Shown piece by piece: positions 1 to 7,599 of a stretch of DNA of 64,000 bases (the first letter of the stretch is position 1; the number at the start of each line of letters is the position of its first letter). Location: the NCBI GenBank assembly GCA_035249305.1, contig DATFGQ010000103.1:6542-70541 (forward strand), given 5' to 3'. The stretch comes from Blastocatellia bacterium (GTDB lineage Bacteria; Acidobacteriota; Blastocatellia; UBA7656). Under the pieces are notes generated by a model. The model saw nothing but the letters and a program-made list of their open reading frames with translations. It was not told the DNA's origin and made no database searches. Position numbers and translations under genes: made by a program.

Positions 1-2
1 CC

Positions 3-872
3 GAGCTGCCGGCCGAGCTTGCGCGCGCGCCCTGGGGGGCACAACTGCTCGAAGTCCTCAAGCGCGCAACCGCCACTCGCGTAGCCGAACGACCTCAGAC
101 GGTCCAAGAGTTCTGGGAAGAGCTGGCCGAAGTTGGCAAACAGAGCTCAGAGAGTGATGCGGACTCTGAAGCGACGGTCGTTCGCTCGCGGCTCAACTCG
201 ACCAGCAACGTCGAGCGGGTCGCGCCGAAGCCTAATTTTCAGACGCTCGCCCTCGCGTCGGAAGAGAAGCACCCGAAGAAGGCCAGGATCGTAGTCGAGC
301 TGCCTCAGCGGCCAGAGCTGCGCGTCGAAGACGAGCGTGCGGCGAACCCCGCCGCGGCCGCGGCCGCCGGCCACCCGCGCGGCCGTCACTTGCACGCGGT
401 TCAAAAAGATAATGGCGCGGTCGCGGTCGCGACCACGGATTTGAAGACTAAGAAGATCGCCGCCACCCAGGCGCGCGAGATCACCATGCTCGATCGCTTG
501 AGCGTCATCGCGGCGTCGGAGTGGATGCTTCGCATATTCATTCTCTTCCTGGTCCTGGCGCTCGTGGGCGTGGGCACGTCGGTCTATTACTATTTTGCCG
601 ACCGGGGCACTTCGGGGATCACGGATGTCTTGCGCTTTCAAGATGGCTCGATATCTAACACGGACGCCGTAAACCTGCGCACCGGGCCGAGCCCGCAGAC
701 GGGGTCCGTCGGCGTGCTGCGCAGGGGCTCGCGCGTCCGCATTTACGAGTACAACAACGGGTGGGCGAGGTTAAAGGTGCTTGAGTGGGCGGGCGGACAG
801 CCCGATAACGCTCAGGACGAGGGGTGGGTCAACAGACAATACATCGAACTGGATCGATCGCAGGAGAGATAA
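3..872 (+). CDS. Ser/Thr protein kinase, C-terminal part (5' end outside window) with TM helix and SH3b-like extracytoplasmic domain
   Basis: Frame 3 is open from base 3 into the listed ORF 390..872, with no in-frame stop. The upstream translation ...APWGAQLLEVLKRATATRVAERPQTVQEFWEELAEV looks like the end of a Hanks kinase C-lobe. It is followed by a low-complexity linker, a TM segment (WMLRIFILFLVLALVGVGTSVYYYF) and an SH3_3-like stretch AVNLRTGPS...GSRVRIYEYNNGWARLKV. Confidence 0.7.
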   Translation, partial: ELPAELARAPWGAQLLEVLKRATATRVAERPQTVQEFWEELAEVGKQSSESDADSEATVVRSRLNSTSNVERVAPKPNFQTLALASEEKHPKKARIVVELPQRPELRVEDERAANPAAAAAAGHPRGRHLHAVQKDNGAVAVATTDLKTKKIAATQAREITMLDRLSVIAASEWMLRIFILFLVLALVGVGTSVYYYFADRGTSGITDVLRFQDGSISNTDAVNLRTGPSPQTGSVGVLRRGSRVRIYEYNNGWARLKVLEWAGGQPDNAQDEGWVNRQYIELDRSQER

Positions 873-874
873 AG

Positions 875-1723
875 ATGGGCGTGCAGAAATTATTCGAGAG
901 CCTCAGAAAATGGATAGACGGCGAGGAGGATTTTGACGAGCAAGGGCAGCCGCTGGCGCGCTCGAAGTGGGACGACTTTCTCGTAGCCATCGCGCGCGAG
1001 GTCGAGCAGACCATGCAGCGCGAGATGTTCACGCCGCCGGGAGGGCCGACCTACGTGCCCCGCGAATACGTGGTCTTCCTCAACCCCGACGACGACGCCG
1101 AGTGGCAGGGCGAAAAACGAGAGGGGCTTGAGCGCGGCCTCTATCACGTGTTGTCCGAGCGCGCGAAAGAGCTGGCGGGCGAAAACGAGTTTCAGACCAA
1201 GACGCTCACCGTCGAGCTTCGCGTAGACCCGGCGCTAGAGCAGGGGCGCTTCCGCGTCCAGCACGTCTGGGACACCGAAGCGCAAAAGACCATGGTGCGC
1301 CCGCGCAAGCGGCCCGAGCCCGCCTCGGAAGGCATGGCGACGGTGGCCGACGAGCGCGAAGACGAGGCGACCATTGTTCGCGCGCGCAAACCGGCCGAGC
1401 CGCTCTTTTCGATCCTGGTGCGCCGCGACGCGCCGGGCGCGGAAACCGCCCCGCCCGACGTGCGCCCGTTCTTCAAAGACGAGATCACCATAGGCCGCGG
1501 CGCGCGACAGGTCGCCGTCGACCTCAGGCTCGAAGGCGATCTGGAAATCAGCCGCACGCACGCGACGCTCAAGCGGGGCGAGGACGGCAACTTTACTATC
1601 AATTGTCAGGGCGCGAACCCGATAATGCTCGACGGCGGGCGCGAGATACCCGCGGGCGAGAGCGCCGACGTGAAGGCGGGCGATAAGATCGTCATATGCA
1701 GCTACGAGCTGATAATTCAGTAA
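875..1723 (+). CDS. FhaA-like FHA-domain protein (DUF3662-like N-terminus + C-terminal FHA)
   Basis: ATG at 875 lies 2 nt after the upstream stop, with GGAG at 863-866. The C-terminal FHA core reads ITIGRG...DLRLEGDLEISRTHATLKR...GANPIMLDG...GDKIVICSYEL. The N-terminal part (YVPREYVVFLNPDD...) has the layout of mycobacterial FhaA. Confidence 0.8.
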   Translation: MGVQKLFESLRKWIDGEEDFDEQGQPLARSKWDDFLVAIAREVEQTMQREMFTPPGGPTYVPREYVVFLNPDDDAEWQGEKREGLERGLYHVLSERAKELAGENEFQTKTLTVELRVDPALEQGRFRVQHVWDTEAQKTMVRPRKRPEPASEGMATVADEREDEATIVRARKPAEPLFSILVRRDAPGAETAPPDVRPFFKDEITIGRGARQVAVDLRLEGDLEISRTHATLKRGEDGNFTINCQGANPIMLDGGREIPAGESADVKAGDKIVICSYELIIQ

Positions 1724-1732
1724 CGGAGACGA

Positions 1733-2182
1733 GTGGAAAAACCTGAAAAAGCTGTGACGACTACACGGGGCTGGGCGCTGCCTCAGAAGATCGCCGCGGG
1801 GGCGGCCGTCGTCATCGCCGCCTTCTTGCTAGGCTACGTCCCGTCCTGCGTGGGCGAGCAAGGCGCCGAGCAGGAGAATGCGAAGCTTGAGCAGAGGCTG
1901 CGGCTCGCCGACCTGCGCGACAAGCTGGGGATGGCGAGCTACGAAGTCAACCGGAACAATTATGCTAACGCGACGGAGTTTTCGACGCTCTTTTTCGATG
2001 GGCTGGCGAAACTGATCCTCGACACGCGCGACCAGGCGTTCAGGCAGAAGCTCGAACAGCTATCGGCCCGCCGTGACGAGGTCACCACGAACCTCGCGCA
2101 GGCCGACCCGGTCGTAAAAGAGAAGCTCGCGCAGATGTACGCGGCGTTCTCCCAGGCCACCAAGACGGAAGAGAGCAAATAG
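1733..2182 (+). CDS. hypothetical membrane-anchored coiled-coil protein
   Basis: GTG start 10 nt after the FHA gene, with GGAG at 1725-1728. One N-terminal TM (IAAGAAVVIAAFLLGYV) is followed by helical, charged sequence. Codon bias is coding-like. Confidence 0.6.
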   Translation: MEKPEKAVTTTRGWALPQKIAAGAAVVIAAFLLGYVPSCVGEQGAEQENAKLEQRLRLADLRDKLGMASYEVNRNNYANATEFSTLFFDGLAKLILDTRDQAFRQKLEQLSARRDEVTTNLAQADPVVKEKLAQMYAAFSQATKTEESK

Positions 2183-2212
2183 CTTTTACGGCTTCCCCTA
2201 AACAAAAGCGCC

Positions 2213-2236
2213 GACAAGTCGCAGCACTCCGAAGGA
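2213..2236. repeat. 24-nt exact repeat shared with 27639..27662
   Basis: Identical string GACAAGTCGCAGCACTCCGAAGGA, including a CTCC-GAA-GGAG mini-hairpin of the same type as CTCC-GTA-GGAG at 4095-4190. Confidence 0.8.
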
Positions 2237-2395
2237 GCCGCAGCTTATTCGGGTAATGAATCCCTCGCAGTAAAATCGCCATAAAAAACTTCTCGCCTGG
2301 AGAGCCGTTTTCGGCTAATATTCTTGTGGCCAAACTCGGTTCCCCCCGCTGGACGGTCTCTTAGAAATTATTAAGCTCGAACAAGAGGTGAGGGT

Positions 2396-2632
2396 ATGTC
2401 TTATCATCGTGACCTTACACGAGAGATCGCCGCGCTCGATGACCTCATTGAGAATCATCTGAAGCGGCTGGAAGCCAGGGCTACGCCCGATCAACAGGCG
2501 ATTCTCAACGAGTTGAAGCAGATATTAACGCTCAAGAAAGAGCTTCTTCGGAAGTTGTTTATCACCGCCGCCCCCGACCAGCGGCAAAGAGAGATGCAGG
2601 CGGGCTCACTTCTAAGCGACGACGTTCATTAA
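2396..2632 (+). CDS. small hypothetical helical protein (78 aa)
   Basis: ATG is preceded by GAGGTGAGGG. The sequence has heptad-like content (LDDLIENHLKRLEA...LKKELLRKL). No family recognised. Confidence 0.5.
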   Translation: MSYHRDLTREIAALDDLIENHLKRLEARATPDQQAILNELKQILTLKKELLRKLFITAAPDQRQREMQAGSLLSDDVH

Positions 2633-4053
2633 GCCGCATCCACGGGCGGGCGTCTCCGGTGCCAGTCGGTCTCTTTCTGGTAGAGGCTTGCGAGAGCTAC
2701 GAGCCGCGCCTCGCCCCAAGCCCTACCGGTCAGTTGAATTCCCGTAGGCAGATTATTAGCCCCGAACCCGTTCGGGATAGAGATCGCCGGCTGCCCCGCG
2801 ATGTTGCCCGCGGGGATCACGGCGGGGCCGCCGCCCACCCCCGGATAAGCCTTATCGAAATCCAGAGCAATCGGGTAAGAGACGGTCGCGCGCGCAGGGG
2901 CCACCAGCGCGTCATACCTTGAGTAGAGCTTATCGAGCTCGCGCTTCATGTGCCCGCGAATCCGCATGGCCTGTAGATAATCTACGGCGAGCGTCATCGA
3001 GGCCGCGTAGCCGCCCCAGCGGTCGTTCGCCTGGCGAAGCTGTGCGGCGCGGCCGCTTTCGAGCAGGTCGCGGAAGGCGCTCGCGCCCTCGGCGCTGACT
3101 ATGGTGCCGACGACCGGGCCGAACGGCATATCGGGGAACTCGACCGAATCGTCCACGACGGCGAACTTGCGCAGTAGTTTCACGGACTCTTCAAAATTCT
3201 TTTTCACCTCGGGCTGCACGCGGTCGGCGGAGCCTTTGATGACTCCGACGCGAAACCGCCTGGCGGCGCGGCCGACGGGCTCGGGGTAGACGAATTGTCG
3301 CGCGGCGGATGTCGGGTCCAACGGGTCGCGGCCCGCGATGGCTGCAAGCACCAGCCCGCAATCGTCGGCCGTCCGGCACATAGGGCCGAGCTTATCGAGC
3401 GTCCAGCTCAGGGCCATCGCCCCGTGGCGGCTCACACGGCCGTAGGTGGGCCGCAGCCCGGAGACGCCGCAAAAGGCCGACGGCGTGATGATCGAGCCGG
3501 AAGTCTCCGAGCCTATCGAGAAGGGCACCAGGGCGGCCGCCGTGGCCGCGCCCGGCCCGCTCGACGAACCGCCCGACCAGTAATCCATGTTCCAGGGCGT
3601 GCGCCCCGGCCCCGTGAAAGAAGCGTCGGCGTTGTTATAGCCGAACCCGCCCGCCAGCTCCACCATGGCGAGCTTGGCGACAAGCACCGCGCCCGCCTCC
3701 CGCAGCCGTTTGACGACCGTGGCGTCATAATCGAATATCTGATCTTTGTAAGGCTCAGCGCCCCAGGTCGTAGGTATGCCGCGCGTCGCCGCGAGGTCTT
3801 TGACGCCGTAAGGTATGCCGTGAAGAGGCCCGCGCCATCGGCCTGCGCGTATCTCGCGGTCGGCCTCGCGCGCCTCTTTCAGCGCCAGCTCGCGCGTTAT
3901 CGTCGCCACGGCCCCCAGCCGCTTGCCCAGACGGCTGAGCCGGTCAAGGTAGCTTTCGGTCAGCGCGACCGACGTGATGCGGCGGGCGCGAATACGCTCG
4001 GACAGCTCGCGCACGGACAGGTAGAGCACTTCTTCCGTAATCTCTCTTTGCAT
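2629..4053 (-). CDS. amidase (amidase-signature family, GatA-like)
   Basis: AS-signature GGSSSGPGAATAAALVPFSIGSETSGSIITPSAFCG and catalytic-Lys context PYGVKDL. I place the start at the ATG at 4053 (MQREITEE...), because the listed 5' extension to 4176 runs into REP-like hairpins. No signal peptide. Confidence 0.9.
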   Translation of the reverse strand: MQREITEEVLYLSVRELSERIRARRITSVALTESYLDRLSRLGKRLGAVATITRELALKEAREADREIRAGRWRGPLHGIPYGVKDLAATRGIPTTWGAEPYKDQIFDYDATVVKRLREAGAVLVAKLAMVELAGGFGYNNADASFTGPGRTPWNMDYWSGGSSSGPGAATAAALVPFSIGSETSGSIITPSAFCGVSGLRPTYGRVSRHGAMALSWTLDKLGPMCRTADDCGLVLAAIAGRDPLDPTSAARQFVYPEPVGRAARRFRVGVIKGSADRVQPEVKKNFEESVKLLRKFAVVDDSVEFPDMPFGPVVGTIVSAEGASAFRDLLESGRAAQLRQANDRWGGYAASMTLAVDYLQAMRIRGHMKRELDKLYSRYDALVAPARATVSYPIALDFDKAYPGVGGGPAVIPAGNIAGQPAISIPNGFGANNLPTGIQLTGRAWGEARLVALASLYQKETDWHRRRPPVDAA

Positions 4054-4062
4054 ATCTTCCCC

Positions 4063-4220
4063 AGTCCTGAGTGCTGAGTAATAGTAAGCTACTGGGCTCC
4101 GTAGGAGCCGGATGTTTGTAGTTGATCGCCAGGCATGTACATACAACTCCGTAGGAGTTGAATAACGGACATACAACTCCTACGGAGTTGCGGCGCATTA
4201 CGCTGTTGTTCTACAAACAT
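4063..4220. repeat. composite REP/MITE-like hairpin cluster
   Basis: Contains heptamer motif AGTCCTGAGTGCTGAGT (4063-4079, same motif as 15501-15574) and hairpins GGCTCC-GTA-GGAGCC (4095-4109), CAACTCC-GTA-GGAGTTG (4144-4160) and CAACTCC-TAC-GGAGTTG (4174-4190). The last two each follow a direct ACATA. Outer 10-bp inverted repeat ATGTTTGTAG (4112-4121) / CTACAAACAT (4211-4220). Confidence 0.7.
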
Positions 4221-4260
4221 AGAGACCCTGCGGGGCTTTTCACACACTACCTCTGCACTA

Positions 4261-4632
4261 CTAAATGTCAGCCGTGAAGGCGAAGGCCGGCTCATCGCTG
4301 TTTACGAGTTTAAACTGCTTCATCCTCTCGGCGTTGCGCTGGCTGCGGTCTATGCTCCGCTTGACGAGGTTCAACTGCTCTTCGCTGAGGTGCTTGCCGT
4401 GGCGTATCTTTACGACTTCGGTCAAGCTCTCGGCGACGGGCGAAGGTTGATCGGCCGGCGGCGTCTGTTGAATCGAGCTCGCGGGCGCAGGTGTGGCGGC
4501 GCGCGATACGACGGGCGCGGCGGCGATGATCGCCAGCGACTTTGCGAACTCGCGGCGGCCGCTGTCGGCGACGGTCTTCCTGGATTTAATTTTGCTCAAT
4601 TGATTCGCCCCCTCTCTTTTTGCAGTCGGCAA
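4261..4632 (-). CDS. Tat-signal small protein with GatC-like C-terminal region
   Basis: Twin-arginine motif SGRREFAKSLAIIAAAP. The C-terminal part LSEEQLNLVKRSIDRSQRNAERMKQFKLVNSDEPAFAF has the pattern of GatC/AtzG-type amidase accessory subunits. The gene is co-directional and upstream of the amidase. Confidence 0.6.
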   Translation of the reverse strand: MPTAKREGANQLSKIKSRKTVADSGRREFAKSLAIIAAAPVVSRAATPAPASSIQQTPPADQPSPVAESLTEVVKIRHGKHLSEEQLNLVKRSIDRSQRNAERMKQFKLVNSDEPAFAFTADI

Positions 4633-4733
4633 TTTATAGATTACGGCCGGGCTTTGTCAAATCCCGCCGCGATAAGTATCATAGCTGCGATTCAATTCAG
4701 ACCATCAAATAGGTTTAAGAAGAGAGGTGCGCC

Positions 4734-5573
4734 GTGACTAACAGGCTCTTGCTCGCGCTGCTTGTGATTTCGTTTATATCGATGCCGGCACTCGCGCAGA
4801 CGCCCCCCGCGCCGGAAGCCGTCTCGCCGACGGGGGCCAAGTTCTACGCCAACCCCGACGAGAAGGGCGCGGTCGCCGAGGCGGAAAAGAACCTTTCGGC
4901 CGACCCGAAGAACGTCGAGCTGATTATAAAACTCGGCCAGGCTCAAGCCTCGGTCTGGCGCTACCGCGACGCCATCGCGACCTACACGCGCGGCATCGAG
5001 ATCGCGCCCGAAAACGCCTTGCTCTATCGTCATCGCGGCCACCGCTACATCTCCACGCGCCAGTTCGATAAAGCGATCGCCGACCTTGAGCGCGGCGCGA
5101 AGCTCGACGCTAAGAATTACGACATCTGGTATCACCTAGGGTTGGCTCACTACCTCAAAGGCGATTTCGCTCGCGCCGCCGCGGCTTACGAGAAATGCCG
5201 CGAGGTGGCCGCAAAAGACGATTCGCTGATAGCCGTCACGGACTGGCTTTACATGACTTACAGGCGCGCTAAGAAAGATGCCGAAGCCGCGCAGGCGTTG
5301 GAGAGGATCAGGCCCGACATGCAGCCGGGCGAGAACAAGTCCTACTTCGACCGGCTTCTGTTTTACAAAGGCTTGAAGAAAGAGTCGGAGATTATAAACG
5401 ACAAGATGACCGACCTTGAGGTGGCCACGGTCGGGTACGGCATAGCGAACTGGCACCTTTACAACGGCAACGCTGCTAAAGCGAAAGAGTATTTTCAACG
5501 AATCGTGTCGGGCAAGTACTGGCCCGCGTTCGGGTTCATAGCGGCCGAGACCGAGTTGACTCGCATGCGCTGA
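4734..5573 (+). CDS. secreted TPR-repeat protein
   Basis: Signal peptide [25 protein letters not shown]-like units are present ([30 protein letters not shown]..., [30 protein letters not shown]...). Confidence 0.75.
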   Translation: MTNRLLLALLVISFISMPALAQTPPAPEAVSPTGAKFYANPDEKGAVAEAEKNLSADPKNVELIIKLGQAQASVWRYRDAIATYTRGIEIAPENALLYRHRGHRYISTRQFDKAIADLERGAKLDAKNYDIWYHLGLAHYLKGDFARAAAAYEKCREVAAKDDSLIAVTDWLYMTYRRAKKDAEAAQALERIRPDMQPGENKSYFDRLLFYKGLKKESEIINDKMTDLEVATVGYGIANWHLYNGNAAKAKEYFQRIVSGKYWPAFGFIAAETELTRMR

Positions 5574-5622
5574 CCTGAAAAGCCGCGCGCGCGCTTGCGC
5601 CCACTATCCCCCACTGGTCTTT

Positions 5623-7599
5623 ATGACAGGAAAGCTGCGGGCCTCGCTTAACGAATCACGCGACTGGGTGGCGGCCGAACTCGCCCTGCCGCCCGGCCGC
5701 CCGCCTAAGCGCGCGACCGTCGTAATCTGCGTCGCCATCTTTTTCGTGGCGCTCGCCGTCCGCCTGTTGCACTGGCAAGATTCGGGCGTCGAGTTGGCGC
5801 TAAAGAACTCCATCATGCACACGATGGGTTCGATCTACGACGACGAGGCGCGCAGGATAATGAACGAAGGCGGCGTGCTGATACCGGATGCGCCCGTCGA
5901 GGGCGGCAACGCGTGGATGATAGTTCACCCGCCCGGCTATTCGATCCTGATGGCCGCGCTCTTCAGACTCTTCGGTGAAACCGAGTGGCTCATGCGGCTG
6001 GCGCGCGTCATCCTCTCTTCGTTCGGGGCGGTGATAATAACGCTCATCGCCGCTGAGCTTTTCCCTCGCGGCGTGGCGGTGCTGGCGGGACTGCTGGCGG
6101 CGATCTCCCCGCACCTGGCTTATTATTCGCTCTGGCACTCGCCCGACTCACTGGCGCCGCTCCCGATACTGCTGGCGGTCTTCTTCCTGGTCAGGGCGTG
6201 GAAGCGCCCGCGCCTCCGAACCGTTCTCGCGGCCGGGGCGATGGTGGGGCTGTCGTGCTGGCTCAGGTCGAACGCGCTCTTGCTGGCCCCGTTTCTCAGC
6301 CTCGCAATGTTGTTGCTCGTCGATCGGGGCAAGCGGCTCAAGTACTCGGCCGCGATCACGCTCGCGGCCGTCGCGGTGATCGCCCCTATAACCGCGCGCA
6401 ACTGGATTCTGTACGACAGCTTCATCCCGCTGTCGCTAGGCGCGGGGATAACCATGGTCGAAGGCATAGCCGAGTACGATTACGACAACCGTTTCAACCT
6501 GCCCGTCATGGACATCGACGTGCAGACGGAAGAGGCGCGCCGATTGAATCGCCCCGACTATCGCCACAACCCGTTCTGGCCCGACGGCGTCAAACGCGAC
6601 CGCGACCGGTTCAACCGCGCCTCGGGGATCGTTCGCGAGAACCCCGCCTGGTTCTCTACGGTAATGTTGCGCCGCATGCGGTTCATGCTCAGGTACAACG
6701 ATTTCGCCCCGCAGGACCGCCCTTTCAACACGACTATCGCGCCAACGGTCGCCCGAGGCCCTGGCTTCGGGCACAGGCTTGCGGACGCCGAGGGGCTTGA
6801 GCCCGTATGGTCGTCGACTCCCTCAGAGATCGTAGCCGCCGGTGAGCTCTTATCGAGCGAGGCGAAGGTTACGCTCGCCGCCGGGGGCGCGCTGCTCGGC
6901 GTTGAAGCCGATAACAGAGAGCAGGGCGACCAGTTCGCCTCTCAGCTCATACAAGTGCGCGAGCAGACAGACTACCTCCTCCAGATCCCCTTCAGGCGCG
7001 GAGCGCGGCGCGGCGCGTTAAAGGTGAAGGGCGCGGACCCGCGCATCACGCTCGCGTGGGCGGGCTGGTCCGTCCCGAAGAAGAACAAGAGAGCCGAGCG
7101 AGCGGAAGAAGGCAGCCTCGACGAGCAACAGCCGCTCGGCGTTTTACAGGCGCCTTTTGCCACGGGCGATTTGAGAGAGGTGAGGCTCGTGGTAAGCAGC
7201 GACGGCCCGCCGATAGAGAGGCAACTGGTCGATCTGGGCGAGGCCCGTTTATTCGAGCTCGGCGCGACCCCTTACGCGTGGACCGGCCCGCCGCGCGCCG
7301 TCATACGCGGGTTGCAGAAAAATCTCTTCCAGACTGATCGAATGCTCGGGTTGATAGCGATAGGCGTCGTCTCGCTCGCCATTGCGCGCCGCGGCCGTGA
7401 GCTCTTGCTGCTGCTCGCGGTTCCCGCTTACTACCTTCTGGCGCAATCCTTTTTTCACACGGAGTATCGATACATCCTCGCGATCCACTACTTCCTTTTC
7501 GCGGTGGCCGCGGTGACTTTGTACCTGGCGGGCAAGGCGCTGTGGCAGGGCGCGCTGTTAGCGAAGGCGCGTTATTTGCAAACATCCGCTTGCGGGTGA
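5623..7599 (+). CDS. GT-C fold membrane glycosyltransferase (GT39 / PMT_2 / ArnT-like) with large periplasmic insert
   Basis: Many TM helices and an acidic first loop (SIYDDEARRI). The C-terminal block LLLLAVPAYYLLAQSFFHTEYRYILAIHYFLFAVAAV is shared with the paralogue at 20957..22456. Confidence 0.75.
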   Translation: MTGKLRASLNESRDWVAAELALPPGRPPKRATVVICVAIFFVALAVRLLHWQDSGVELALKNSIMHTMGSIYDDEARRIMNEGGVLIPDAPVEGGNAWMIVHPPGYSILMAALFRLFGETEWLMRLARVILSSFGAVIITLIAAELFPRGVAVLAGLLAAISPHLAYYSLWHSPDSLAPLPILLAVFFLVRAWKRPRLRTVLAAGAMVGLSCWLRSNALLLAPFLSLAMLLLVDRGKRLKYSAAITLAAVAVIAPITARNWILYDSFIPLSLGAGITMVEGIAEYDYDNRFNLPVMDIDVQTEEARRLNRPDYRHNPFWPDGVKRDRDRFNRASGIVRENPAWFSTVMLRRMRFMLRYNDFAPQDRPFNTTIAPTVARGPGFGHRLADAEGLEPVWSSTPSEIVAAGELLSSEAKVTLAAGGALLGVEADNREQGDQFASQLIQVREQTDYLLQIPFRRGARRGALKVKGADPRITLAWAGWSVPKKNKRAERAEEGSLDEQQPLGVLQAPFATGDLREVRLVVSSDGPPIERQLVDLGEARLFELGATPYAWTGPPRAVIRGLQKNLFQTDRMLGLIAIGVVSLAIARRGRELLLLLAVPAYYLLAQSFFHTEYRYILAIHYFLFAVAAVTLYLAGKALWQGALLAKARYLQTSACG

